From positions 107,632,001-107,696,000 of the forward strand of contig NC_043002.1 of the NCBI RefSeq assembly GCF_006345805.1: 64,000 nt of DNA, in the 5' to 3' direction. Below are positions 13,490 through 25,264 of this stretch, piece by piece. Both the position numbers and the translations under genes were made by a program. Under the pieces are notes generated by a model. That model ran no database searches. It saw nothing but the letters and a program-made list of their open reading frames with translations, and was not told the DNA's origin. The number at the start of each line of letters is the position of its first letter. Position 1 is the first letter of the stretch. Source of the stretch: Octopus sinensis (lineage: Eukaryota).

Positions 13490-13920
13490 TGCACATACAT
13501 ACATATATACATATATGCATACTCACACATGTATACATATACACACATGCATACATACATGCATACATACATACATGCATACATAATACATTCATACATA
13601 CATACATACATGCATCCATCCATCCATCCATCCATACATACATACATACATACATACATACATACATGCATGCATGCATACATACATACATACATACATA
13701 CATAATACATACATACATATATACATATATACATACATACATACTTACATATATACATACATACATACATACATACATGCATGCATGCATACATACATAC
13801 ATACATACATACATACATACATACATACATACATACATACATACACACACACACATACATACATACATACATACATACATTACATACATACACACATACA
13901 TACGTACATGCATGCATGCA
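13490..13920. repeat. (TACA)n-rich microsatellite
   Basis: Direct inspection. Confidence 0.9.
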
Positions 13921-14197
13921 TAGGCACGCACACACGTGCGTGCATACCGATGTAAACATTGGCAAAAACACACCTTTAGTTCATATGAGTAATCTCCGTC
14001 ATTATACATAATTTAAACATTAAATTTCTTTTTTATAGTTAACATTCACTAAAAAAATATCCCTCCTCTTTCTATAAGCTATTTCTGACGTTATATCATA
14101 TAACGTTTTTTCAAACAATATTATTAGCGTTCAGTAAATCACTATACATATCCATAATTTTCTGTTAAAATGTCTTATTGACGAGTTTCCTTTCTTC

Positions 14198-14285
14198 ACT
14201 TCCCTGAAGAGAAGATTACATTGTATTACACCATTTATTCCTTTGGAATGATATCAGTGAAATCTTCGAAACATGTGTCGGAAGT
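14198..14285 (+). ncRNA. Type I hammerhead ribozyme motif (canonical)
   Basis: ACTTCC CTGAAGA GAAGATT..AATCTTC GAAAC ATGT GTC GGAAGT; 6-bp stem I, 7-bp stem II, GUC at 14277-14279. Confidence 0.85.
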
Positions 14286-14544
14286 AAAAGTATTTGAATT
14301 ATACTTGCGTTAAACTCCATTTATTTATTTATATATTATACAAAAAATTTCTACGTAAACCCGAAGTTTCTACCTTTAAAAACAAGGAGTTACAACCTCT
14401 TTACTTGTGAGATTTTTTGCTACCCTGGTAACTATTTATCTATTTTTTCCGTGTTAATTGTTAACAAGGGAAAATACACGCATCTATATATATATATATG
14501 TGTGTGTGTGTGTTGTGTGTGTGTGTGTGTGTGTATGTGTAAAT

Positions 14545-14669
14545 GTAAAAAAATACAAACTGGGGCAAGAACGTAAATCATTTAGAAGACGATACAAAAA
14601 ACACGGACGGGACATTCGAAGCCTTCAATCTTCAGTCAAGAACCGGATCATCTTCGCAATTTCGGCTGA

Positions 14670-14673
<4 letters not shown>
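14545..14673 (-). mobile_element. 3' end fragment of the PLE family at 25488-26909
   Basis: Reverse complement aligns to 26773-26895; sits between (TG)n and (TA)n. Confidence 0.7.
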
Positions 14674-14726
<53 letters not shown>

Positions 14727-14770
14727 ATATATACATACATACAAACACCACAGACACGCACACACACACA

Positions 14771-14822
<52 letters not shown>

Positions 14823-15142
14823 CATACGTACAAACAAACACACACGCACACGTATGTATGCCCAAACTCTCACATATACACATGTATGCATGTGAGTGTG
14901 GTAACTAGACACGCATGACCCGAAGATAAAATCTAACTGACATAATAAAAATACCTCGAGTTTGCTCTGCTGAAAAGGATATTCAGTTAGAAAGCGGGAA
15001 ATGGCTGGAAGTGACTTATAGCTAAATACACGTGACCCTCACTAGGCACACCCTTGTTTAACTATTGGAGATGACGTTTATTCACTGACATTGGTTTCTT
15101 ATGTCTAATTCGATATTTAATGAGAGTATTAAAAAATGACAA

Positions 15143-15540
15143 TCTTTATATATAAAAGTAAGGTTGTGTGCTGTCTGTCTCCTACGATTTAGATTCCTAA
15201 CTACTCCCACATTTTGCGGTGCAGTTTAACCAAAACCGGGTATCTTATAGTCGTGATTCATATCGAGCCCTTCTGTGTATTAGCGCGCGTCTACGATGAG
15301 TCTACGATTTAAAAAAAAAATTACCGTCAATTTTTCCCATTTTTAATGCATTTTTGGCATATATAAGGGAAGTAACTCTCTAAAAATGTATTATTAAATC
15401 TCAGAACGTAAAAAGCTACAGTAACAACCCCCCCCTTTGTGGTTAGCCATATTGAGATGGCTATTATACTTTACATCTCTAAAAATGCTTATATAGTTAT
15501 TTCCCTTACAAACCCGAGCAACGCCGGGCGATACTGCTAG
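15143..15540 (+). mobile_element. Non-autonomous Helitron (~398 bp)
   Basis: A|TC 5' end, subterminal hairpin CCCGAGCAACGCCGGG, CTAG|T 3' end; near-identical copy at 30631. Confidence 0.85.
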
Positions 15541-15659
15541 TTAATAATAAAAAGAAAGAATAAAGCAGAAGATGTGGTGTCAAATATAAGGATATGTAAT
15601 GAGAATGTGCATAGATTTATTTTATGGCAACTACGTATCATGCATATGTTGATTTGAAA

Positions 15660-15846
15660 TTTTGGTACAAGATTATCAACTTGAGGGGAGGGATAAATTA
15701 ATTACATCGATACCATATTTTATCGACCCCGAAAGGATGAACGGCAAAGTCACCTCGGCGGAATTCGAACTCATAACATACAGACGGACGAAATGCCGCC
15801 AAGCATTTTCTCCGGTGTATTAACGACTCTGTCAGTTCACCGCCTT
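15660..15846 (-). mobile_element. SINE family D (diverged)
   Basis: TATCGACCCCGAAAGGATGAA..GCAAAGTC core and tRNA-like head at the right end. Confidence 0.8.
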
Positions 15847-16207
15847 AACATATCGTGCATATATTACCCCATCTATACAAACATACTTTCATATGTACAT
15901 ATTTTATACATATTTACATGTTTGTATATATACTTATTTACACGTGTGTGTGTGTATGTGTGTGTGTGTGTGTATGTGTGTGTGTGTGTGTGTTGTATAA
16001 AACAAAGCAAAACACGAGAAATCGTTTATAAGATTCTTAGTTACAGCGTTTTGCGTACGTTTCAGTAACATGAATTGATTATTTGTTAAATAATGTAAAT
16101 CACATTGTAAAGATTGAATGTGCGATCGTCAGAGAGTGTGAAGTTTATGCGTAACATTCTTGGATTGAAAAGGTGACACAATTCCCCATCGCGGAAATGG
16201 CAAGGCG

Positions 16208-16262
<55 letters not shown>

Positions 16263-16590
16263 CGTGTGTGCGTGCGTGTGTGTGTGTGTGTGTGTATACA
16301 CACCCATACTTCAGTAAGAGTAACGTATGTGAGAGTATCTATACATCCAGGACAGCAAGATGTTTCTGCGATCTTTCATTTCTTCAGCCGGTGTCGAAAG
16401 AGACTAGATCTCCGCGTGATGTAGTGTCCCAAATACCGTCCGCTACGAGAGGTAGAATATAACACGACCGAAACGTACAAGGGGAACGAAATGAGCGCCT
16501 GTCTAAACAACGGGGAAATTTTCTCTCTTACTGAAGTATATGGACGTGTGTGTAAGGACCACTCTGTATATATGTATGTGTGTCTAGTTT

Positions 16591-16993
16591 GAAGAGGCTG
16601 TGTGGTAAGTAGCTTGCTTACCAACCAAATGGTTCCGGGTTCAGTCCCACTGCGTGGCACCTTGGGTAAGTGTCTTCTACTATAGCCTCGGGCCGACCAA
16701 AGCCTTGTGAGTGGATTTGGTAGACGGAAACTGAAAGAAGCCCGTCGTATATATATATATATGTATGTGCATGTGTGTGTGTTTGTGTGTCTGTATTTGT
16801 CCTCCCAATATCGCTTGACAACCGATGCTGGTGTGTTTACGTCCCCGTAACTTAGCGGTTCGGCAAAAAAGAGACCGATAAAATAAGTGGTAGGCTTACA
16901 AAGAATAAGTCCTGGGGTCGATTTGATCGACTAAAGGCGGTGCTCCAGCATGGCCACAGTCACATGACTGAAACAAGTAAAAGAGAGTAAAAG
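16591..16993 (+). mobile_element. SINE family A, near full length
   Basis: A box, B box GGTTCAGTCC, CCTTGGGYAAGTGTCTT domain, internal (TA)n(TG)n, GTAAAAGA tail. Confidence 0.9.
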
Positions 16994-17342
16994 GTCTTTA
17001 TGAGTATTTAATAGTTAAAAAATTTGAAGCTGTAACAGCTAGTCTGTACGATTGTTACAAAACAGAAGGAAACGTCAGAAATCTCAGCGATGGATTTTTA
17101 CTGAGTTCGAGGAAGGACAGCATTCTGCTTCAATTGAACCCCAATTTATGTACCCACCTCATTTGCTGGCTTTCAAGAAAGAGGTGATGATGTAAGACAA
17201 CAGAATAAAGTATGTAAGGTATTCAATATGGAAACGATTTCCCGAGTGGAATCCCCAGATCTACTCCGTGGAATTTTGAAATTTGCTCCGGGTCAAAAAT
17301 ATCAGTCCTGGATAATAATGATTGGGCATTGTTAGTAATTAG

Positions 17343-18026
17343 AAAACCTGGACACCTAACCGTTAATCCGTTAATCGTTAATTAACGAAGTTAACATTTT
17401 CGTTAACGATTTAACTTTCGAGTTAACTTTTGAAATCATTATCGGACCAATTAACCTCCGTTTCATGTAACTTCCGTTAACTCAAGTCAACTCGAGTTCA
17501 CTTCCGTTTACTTCAATTCTCATGTCTGATGTTCACAAAAGGTTATCTACCGACACTAATCCTCTTTTCCTGACAACTAAATTCTACATGATTATCTAAC
17601 AACATTCTTCTAACTGTTCTCTAGTCTGTCTCTCTCTCTCTCCCTTATTTTGTACTAATTACCAAAGGTGGGCACCGACAATCGAAAAGTTAACTTCGTT
17701 AGGCGTTAATGAGTTAATAGTTTTAAAATGTAACGGAAGTTATCGATAAACCATTAACGTTAATTTTTATCATAGAAAAAAACCCCTCAAAACATCAGTT
17801 TTTGATCTAAAACCACGTAAAAGCACTTTTAAAAAGTACCAAAACTATAAAACTGGGGGTTTTTTGGGTTTTTTTTTCTATAATAAAAATTAACGTTAAT
17901 GATTTATCGATAACTTCCGTTACATTTTTAAACTATTAACTGATTAATGGTGATCGAAGTTAACTTTTTAGTTACCGGATTAACGCCTAACGATGTTAAC
18001 TTTTCGATTACCGGTGCCCACCTTTG
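17343..18026. mobile_element. hAT-type MITE with GTTAAC-rich subterminal repeats
   Basis: 8-bp TSD GTAATTAG at 17335-17342 and 18027-18034; right TIR TGCCCACCTTTG, degenerate left TIR AAAACCTGGACA. Confidence 0.75.
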
Positions 18027-18168
18027 GTAATTAGTACAAAATAAGGGAGAGAGAGACAGACTAGAGAACAGTTCGAAGAATGTTGCTAGAAAATCATGTA
18101 GATTGTAGTTGTCAGGAATAGAGGATTAGCGTCGGTAGATAACCTTTTGTGAACATCAGACATGAGAA
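17517..18168. repeat. Long inverted repeat (arms ~17517-17803 and ~17849-18168)
   Basis: Left arm is the reverse complement of the MITE right end plus 140 bp of downstream flank. Confidence 0.9.
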
Positions 18169-18724
18169 GTATATTAAATGATGGCAGTTGCGAAACGTTC
18201 CAGCGCCTTGTAGAGTGCTGGTCGAAAGCTAAGTGAGAGAAGAATCTGGAATTTCCATATCAAATTCTTGCTTTTCGTCGTCACTTGATTCAATTGAAGT
18301 TAGTTGGATCCACAGCAAGTACAAGTACACCGAAGTACATGCCGAGAGAAGTGTCGCATACAAGCATACGCGCGCATACACGTATGTATGTATGTGTGTG
18401 TCTGTACGTGAGTGTAAGAGAGGGTGTGTGTTTGCATGTGTGTGTATTTATGTACGTATGCCTATATCTATGTAGGCATATATTTACGTGTGTGTCTGTG
18501 TCTCTATCTGTATAAATAATTTGTACAAATTCCAACATAGACAGTCTCCGGTTATAGACAAGAAAAGAAGCCAAAGTTACTTGCTCAAAGATTGTTAGTT
18601 GTCTCTGACGTCATCGCTCCATTATCTTCACATTCATGAAAGAATTTCATTTGCGAGATTGCAATGAGGAGCTAATTGGAAGAGGTGAGTGGGTGGAAAC
18701 AGTTATCTTATTTCTCTCAGTCAA

Positions 18725-18817
<93 letters not shown>

Positions 18818-19023
18818 CATTATTATTTTTATTATTATTATTATTATTATTATCATCATCATCATCATCATCATTGTTGTTGTTGTTGTTATTATTATTA
18901 TTATTAATTATTATTATTATTGTTGTTGTTATTATCATTATTATTATCATTGTTGTTGTTAATATTATTGTTGTTATCATCATCATTATCATCATTATTG
19001 TTATTATTATTATTATTATTATT

Positions 19024-19061
<38 letters not shown>

Positions 19062-19082
19062 TATTATTATTATTATTATTAA

Positions 19083-19134
<52 letters not shown>
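18725..19134. repeat. (ATT)n/(ATC)n microsatellite
   Basis: Direct inspection. Confidence 0.95.
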
Positions 19135-19585
19135 GAGTGAGAGAGCAGTGCGTGCCATCAAAGTGACACTGGAGTACAAATATACGAAGCCCAATATACC
19201 CATCATGACTACCCGCCTGATAAGGGTACACTAGGCACATGCATCACAACCATATCTGCGCGACATGGTGATCTCATATCAAGATAAACAGCACACGACC
19301 TTGCAGGTGGGGCCCAGTTAGAATTTTCTTCTGGTCGTGTAACCCATCCCGCTCAAATAAGGGTTGTTTAAGGATGTTGAACGAAACACCCATGTTTCCA
19401 GGGGTGAATTATTCACACCCCTCAAAATTTCTCTCAACACATGACCATAATACTCCCCCACTACTTCTGCTAGTGGTCAGAGATGCACACATCGTCAGCC
19501 ACTAAGGGACATGGTCAACTGGTGAAGGTCAAACAACTGACAAGCAAATCTGTGGTATTGAGCAGAATATTTGTTGTAGCCCATC
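19135..19585 (-). mobile_element. Family C (AAT)n-embedded element, truncated
   Basis: Aligns to 42877-43335 with the same GAGTGAGAGAGCAG end. Confidence 0.8.
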
Positions 19586-19878
19586 ATCATCATCATCATT
19601 ATTTTATTATTATTATTTATTATATTATTATTATTATTATTATTATTATTATCATCATCATCATCATCATTATTATTATTATTATTCTATGTTTGACTTT
19701 TGCTTTATGTCTGTACAAGTTGGCTCCAAGTCTCACCCAGAGACCTCAAGAGACAACAGGTTGGAAGTTCACGTTGTTGTTATGCCTAGTGTGCCATATA
19801 TTTGGGGGGTTTTTTGTGTTGTACTAGTGAATGTCTAATACATAAAAAAACAACTTTTGTTTTAAACCTTGGGATTAC

Positions 19879-19940
<62 letters not shown>

Positions 19941-19944
<4 letters not shown>

Positions 19945-20115
19945 TAGTTTTATTTTTATAGCGTGCTTTCACTTCACTACCGAGCGCAGCTCTGTGTGCC
20001 TTGGGTATGTGTTGTGATTTGTTGTGATGCTCTGATGGTTATTGTATGGAAAGTGTTCTGCGTAGGATGTGTGCAGTGCCCAGTAGTGCAATTTTCTGTA
20101 TGTTATATGTGTTTG
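19941..20115 (-). mobile_element. R4/Dong 3' end fragment in (AAT)n
   Basis: Reverse complement of 46612-46787 (QKIALLGTAHILRRTLSIQ*). Confidence 0.9.
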
Positions 20116-20129
20116 TATTATTATTATTA

Positions 20130-20161
<32 letters not shown>

Positions 20162-20822
20162 CATTATATGCGCTTAGAAGTGATTAACAAGACACACAGC
20201 CAATTAACAGAAGCCTTATTTACTACCTATAGTATTTTCTGTGTTAGTCCTTTGGCAAAAACTAATAGCGACAATTACACACCGGCAGAGACACACTACT
20301 AGGATCTACGTCAATTTAACTGGTATATAGCAAGTTCTGGCTGGCTCATCACAGATGGGAAATAATTGCGCTATATTCATGGCGATAAACCTATGTCTTC
20401 TGACTGATGTGAAAATGGAGACGTCGAATGGCTAAGTCAACATTCTGGAGTTGCTGCCAAGGACAACCTTTATATTGGGTTCAATGAGAAAGTTCTAGAA
20501 AGTCGAATGACGCAATGATTTGATGCTAACTGGTCTCTTAATTGGCCGATCACATGAAACTACTGTGGCTTAGCCGTGATGTCTACTCGACTATCCAATG
20601 ATTCGTTTTCGAATCTACTACAATATACATGCATACATACATACATACATGCATACATACATACATACATACATACATACATACATACATACATACATAC
20701 ATACACACGCACACGCGCACACACACATATGTATTTACACATATGTACATGTATGTATGTATGTATGTATGTATGTATGTATGTATGTATGTATGTATGT
20801 ATGTATGTATGTATGTATGTAT

Positions 20823-21190
20823 GGAGGTGCAATGGCCCAGTGGTTAGGGCAGCGGACTCGCGGTCATAGGATCGCGGTTTCGATTCCCAGACCGGGCGTT
20901 GTGAGTGTTTATTGAGTGAGAACACCTAAAGCTCCACGAGGCTCCGGCAAGGATGGTGGTGATCCCTGCTGTACTCTTTCACCACAACTTTCTCTCACTC
21001 TTACTTCCTGTTTCTGTTGTACCTGTATTTCAAGGGGCCGACCTTGTCACTCTCTGTGTCACGCTGAATATCCCCGAGAACTACGTTAAGGGTGCACGTG
21101 TCTGTGGAGTGCTCAGCCACTTACACGTTAATTTCACGAGCAGGCTGTTCCGTTGAACCCTCATCGTCGTAACCGACGGAGTGCTTCCAT
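20823..21190 (+). mobile_element. tRNA(Arg)-like-headed SINE family B, full length
   Basis: GGCCCAGTGGTTAGGGCAGCGGACTCGCGG..GGTTTCGATTCC; near-identical to 54205-54587. Confidence 0.9.
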
Positions 21191-21531
21191 CCATGTATGT
21201 ATGTATGTATGTATGTATGTATGTATGTATATATGTATGTATGTGCCGGTCTGGCGAAATCGCTCACACTGAAAACTTCGAAGTCACTATAAATGTATTT
21301 CTGGTAAAAATATATTTAATTGTCTCCTCGTCTTTTTTCGTGTATTTCCGTGGTCTTTGTGTTAACCTTCTTGTTAAGTTAGAATTGTGGATTGTTTTTG
21401 TCTATAATTTTACATTAGAACACACATGCATATACCCCTACACACACACATATACGACCACACACATGAAAATATGCATGCATCTGTATGTGTGTGTGTG
21501 TGTCTATGTTTGTGTGTGTTTGTGCGTGAGT

Positions 21532-21943
21532 ATACTCTTTTACTCTTTTACTCTTTTACTTGTTTTAGTCATTTGACTGCGGCCATGCTGGAGCACCGCC
21601 TTTAGTCGAGCGCAACTTGACCCCGGGACTTATTCTTTTGTAAGCCCAGTACTTATTCTATCGGTCTCTTTTGCCGAACCGCTAAGTAACGGGGACATAA
21701 ACACACCAGCATCGGTTGTCAAGCAATGCTAGGGGGACAAACACTGACACACAAACACACACACATACATATATATACATATATACGACGGGCTTCTTTC
21801 AGTTTCCGTCTACCAAATCCACTCACAAGGCATTGGTCGGCCCGGGGCTATAGCAGATGACACTTGCCCAAGATGCCACGCAGTGGGACTGAACCCGGAA
21901 CCATGTGGTTGGTTAGCAAGCTACTTACCACACAGCCACTCCT
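21532..21943 (-). mobile_element. SINE family A, full length
   Basis: Reverse complement of the family A pattern. Confidence 0.9.
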
Positions 21944-22254
21944 GAGTGTGTGTATATATGTTCTATAAATTCTACTTATCCATATAATGCTCTACGAAAC
22001 TGTGTCTAGGATGAACGTTACGGCGTTACGTTTACACTCATGCGTATGCGATTCTCAAACGTATATGCACGGACGCATACATGTGTGTATGTGTATGTGC
22101 GTGCGCGTGCGCTTGTGTTTGTGTGCATGCGTGTGTGCACGCGCGTGCGTATGTGTACGCGTCTCAGCATTTTTTTACGCATCGTTGAAATTTCTTTTAA
22201 AACCAGTGCCCCCGCGTTTCAAATTTACATAAACAGAATCGAGAAATACCCATT

Positions 22255-22255
22255 A

Positions 22256-22309
<54 letters not shown>

Positions 22310-22353
22310 TAATAATAATAATAATAATGATAATAATAATGATAATAATAATG

Positions 22354-22420
<67 letters not shown>

Positions 22421-22484
22421 CAACAACAACATCAACAACAATAACTATGATAACAACAGCATCAACGACAACGACAACAACAAC

Positions 22485-22529
<45 letters not shown>

Positions 22530-22530
22530 C
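22255..22530. repeat. (AAT)n microsatellite
   Basis: Direct inspection. Confidence 0.95.
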
Positions 22531-24063
22531 CGTGAAAGTAATCATAAAACAAACGAGAAAAAATTAAGCCTTTAAATATTTTTTATTTCTTAATTTAAAC
22601 ACGAATTTAAATTTAAAAACAAGAAAAAAAAACAAGAAAAAACATATTAACAGGGTGTATAGTTGTGAGATCATTCAGTAAGTTTAATCAAACAGAAAAG
22701 AAAAATAAATTAATTTACATTTTTTTAAAAAAGAAAACGATTTTTTTCAATTTTTCAATTTTTAATTTTTTTTCAATTTTTGTTTTTCATTGAAGAGAGT
22801 TTGAGAAGGAAAATCGCTTTACTAAGTGGTTTTCTATGAGGGCAAATAACGTTTGATTAACATGTCTTATTTTGTTTTATTGTTGTTATTTAAAAGATTA
22901 GAGGCGGGGAGAGAGAGAGAGAGAGAGTAAGAAGGAGAGAGAGGGGAGAAAGGAAGAGAAGAGAAAAAGAAAAGGGAGAAAGAATGAAAGAGAGAGAGAG
23001 ATGAGAAGAGATTTAAAAGAGGAACAAAACTCTCCGTTCTTCCTTAGTTAAACAACAAAATGAACATCAAATTTTAATTGCTGTCGACTTCACTTGGAAG
23101 CGAAGAACGGGGTTGGTTTAAAAAATATTGTTTGCTGATAACTCGCCGTCAGTCAAATCAACCGGAAGCTCATTGAAAGTAATGGCGGTGACATTCATCA
23201 GTTGCTTCCGGCAATATTTTGCAAGCATGACAGACAGTCAGCTGCCTTTTTACTTAAACCATAGCAGGACTATCACCCATTCTATTTCGGCTACGTTTTT
23301 GTTAGTCTCATTATTCCCTTGTTTTCCAATAATCACGACCATTTGTTGGGAAGGTGACGGGAGGTATTCACATTAGATGTCTTCTTGAAACAACTTCAAC
23401 AACAATAATTTCTTTATTAGCCAGAAGGCACTTACCATGTAACACAAAACAGGTCATGTAAAAGAGTTAGAAAACAAATGCATGTACTATCAATGCTGCC
23501 AAAACGTAATACAAATTTTAATGAATAAAGGCATCCACCAACGAAGGAGTGAGAATGCGCCACCAAACGGATTTCAAAGCAACCATAACTCCGACCACAT
23601 TCCACCCTGGAAATACTTTGTCCTCTCTTCATTGTAATCTACAGGCAGAATTCAATTAATCGGCCTCTGGCGGATTTTCTGAAAGCAAGCATAAACACTT
23701 TCGGTTTGGAGCGGAACACGAATTCTCCTACAGCTGCCATTGAATGTGCGATAACTATTCCTCGAGTGTCACCAACACTCTATTAATTAAAGATTCTTGG
23801 GTTTCATCCCGTTATCTTTTCAACTAACGCAATATATTTTTATTTCCTATTGTAGATTTATCTTTTGTGGCATTAGTTCACGTGATTCCGTCAAGGGATC
23901 CATTACTCTCCGCCCGCCTCTAAGCTTTGTAAGCCCCTCTTATCTTAACTCTTTCTGTATCTCTCTTTTACTCTTTCTCTCCCCTTCTCTCTATACGATA
24001 TTAAGAACTCAGTCAACCAACTGATGAACTAACCAACATATCGGCTTTTATGATATATTCAGG

Positions 24064-24416
24064 GTGCGGTATATAGATCGACCCCATTACACAACTGGTA
24101 CTTAATTTATTAACCGCGAAATGATGAAAAGGCAAAGTCGACCGCGGCGGAAATTGAACTCAGAACGTAGCGGCAGACGAAATACCTATTTCTTTACTAC
24201 CCACAAGGAGCTAAACACAGAGAGGACAAACAAGGACAGACAAACAGATTAAGTCGATTATATCGACCCCAGTGCATAACTGGTACTTATTTAATCGACC
24301 CCGAAAGGATGAAAGGCAAAGTCGACCTCGGCGGAATTTGAACTCAGAATGTAACGGTAGACGAAATACCGCTAAGCATTTCGCTCGGCGTGCAAATAAT
24401 TCTGCCAGCTCGCCTT
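24064..24416 (-). mobile_element. SINE family D with two internal units
   Basis: tRNA-like head at the right end; ~185 bp unit repeated. Confidence 0.85.
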
Positions 24417-24419
24417 AAT

Positions 24420-25236
24420 ATCTTGAAAGGCATCGACTGGCAAGGCGGTGTCAACATCAATGGCGAGCTATTCACCCACCTCCGTTTCGCTGATGACATC
24501 GTAATCATCGCTGAAACCATGGATCAGCTTCAGACCATGCTGACGGAGCTCGACATCAAAGACTCAAGATGAACCGCATGAAAACGAAGTTCATGCGGTC
24601 CGACAACGTGCCAACAGGTCGAACGGTGGTCGGCAGTGATGAAATAGGGGAGGTAAAGGTATATGTCTACCTGGGACAGCAAGTGAATATGTGCCGAGAC
24701 ATCGAAAAGGAGATCTCGCGGAGAGTAAGGGCCAGATGGAAGGCGTTTAACGGCATAAGGGATGTGCTCAAGGGAAGGATGGACAGGACCACCTGCGCCA
24801 ACCTCATCACTAGCACAGTTCTACCTGTAATGTTATATGGTAGTGAAACATGGGCTACAACAAAGAGAGAAGAGATTGGTAACGGCTCAAAGAGCCATGG
24901 AGAGGTCAATGCTTGGTATCTCGTTGAGAGAGCACATCGGTAGCGAGTTCATCGGAAAGGAGTCCGGTGTGAGGGATGTCATCGCAGAGTATACACGCAG
25001 CAAGTTTAAATGGGCTCACCGATAATCGGTAGACCCGTGCAGTTGTCGGGTGGTACCCGCGCGAGCGGAAACGACCACCCGGAAGGTCTCCACGACGGCG
25101 GAGTTACGATTTCAGGAGGGCGATTGGGATCACGTGGATGAGAAAGGCGCGATCCAAAGAGGAGTGGACAGCGTGCTGTGACCAGCGGTGTCAAATGGAC
25201 GCCCGATGTACTGGTCGGTCAAGGTGATCAAGGTGA
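24420..25236 (+). mobile_element. RTE-clade LINE, 5'-truncated RT C-terminus with (CAAGGTGAT)2 tail
   Basis: THLRFADDIV, YVYLGQ, VLPVMLYGSETW, QRAMERSMLGISLREH, WYPRERKRPPGR. Confidence 0.9.
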
Positions 25237-25264
25237 TATACATACACACGCATATACATATATA

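Noticed and set aside
16440-16480. GGT..ACC GAAACGTA hammerhead-like half
   Set aside because: No CUGANGA and no convincing stem I
20823-20895. tRNA-Arg(TCG)-like sequence
   Set aside because: Head of multi-copy SINE B; poor cloverleaf and runs into the SINE body
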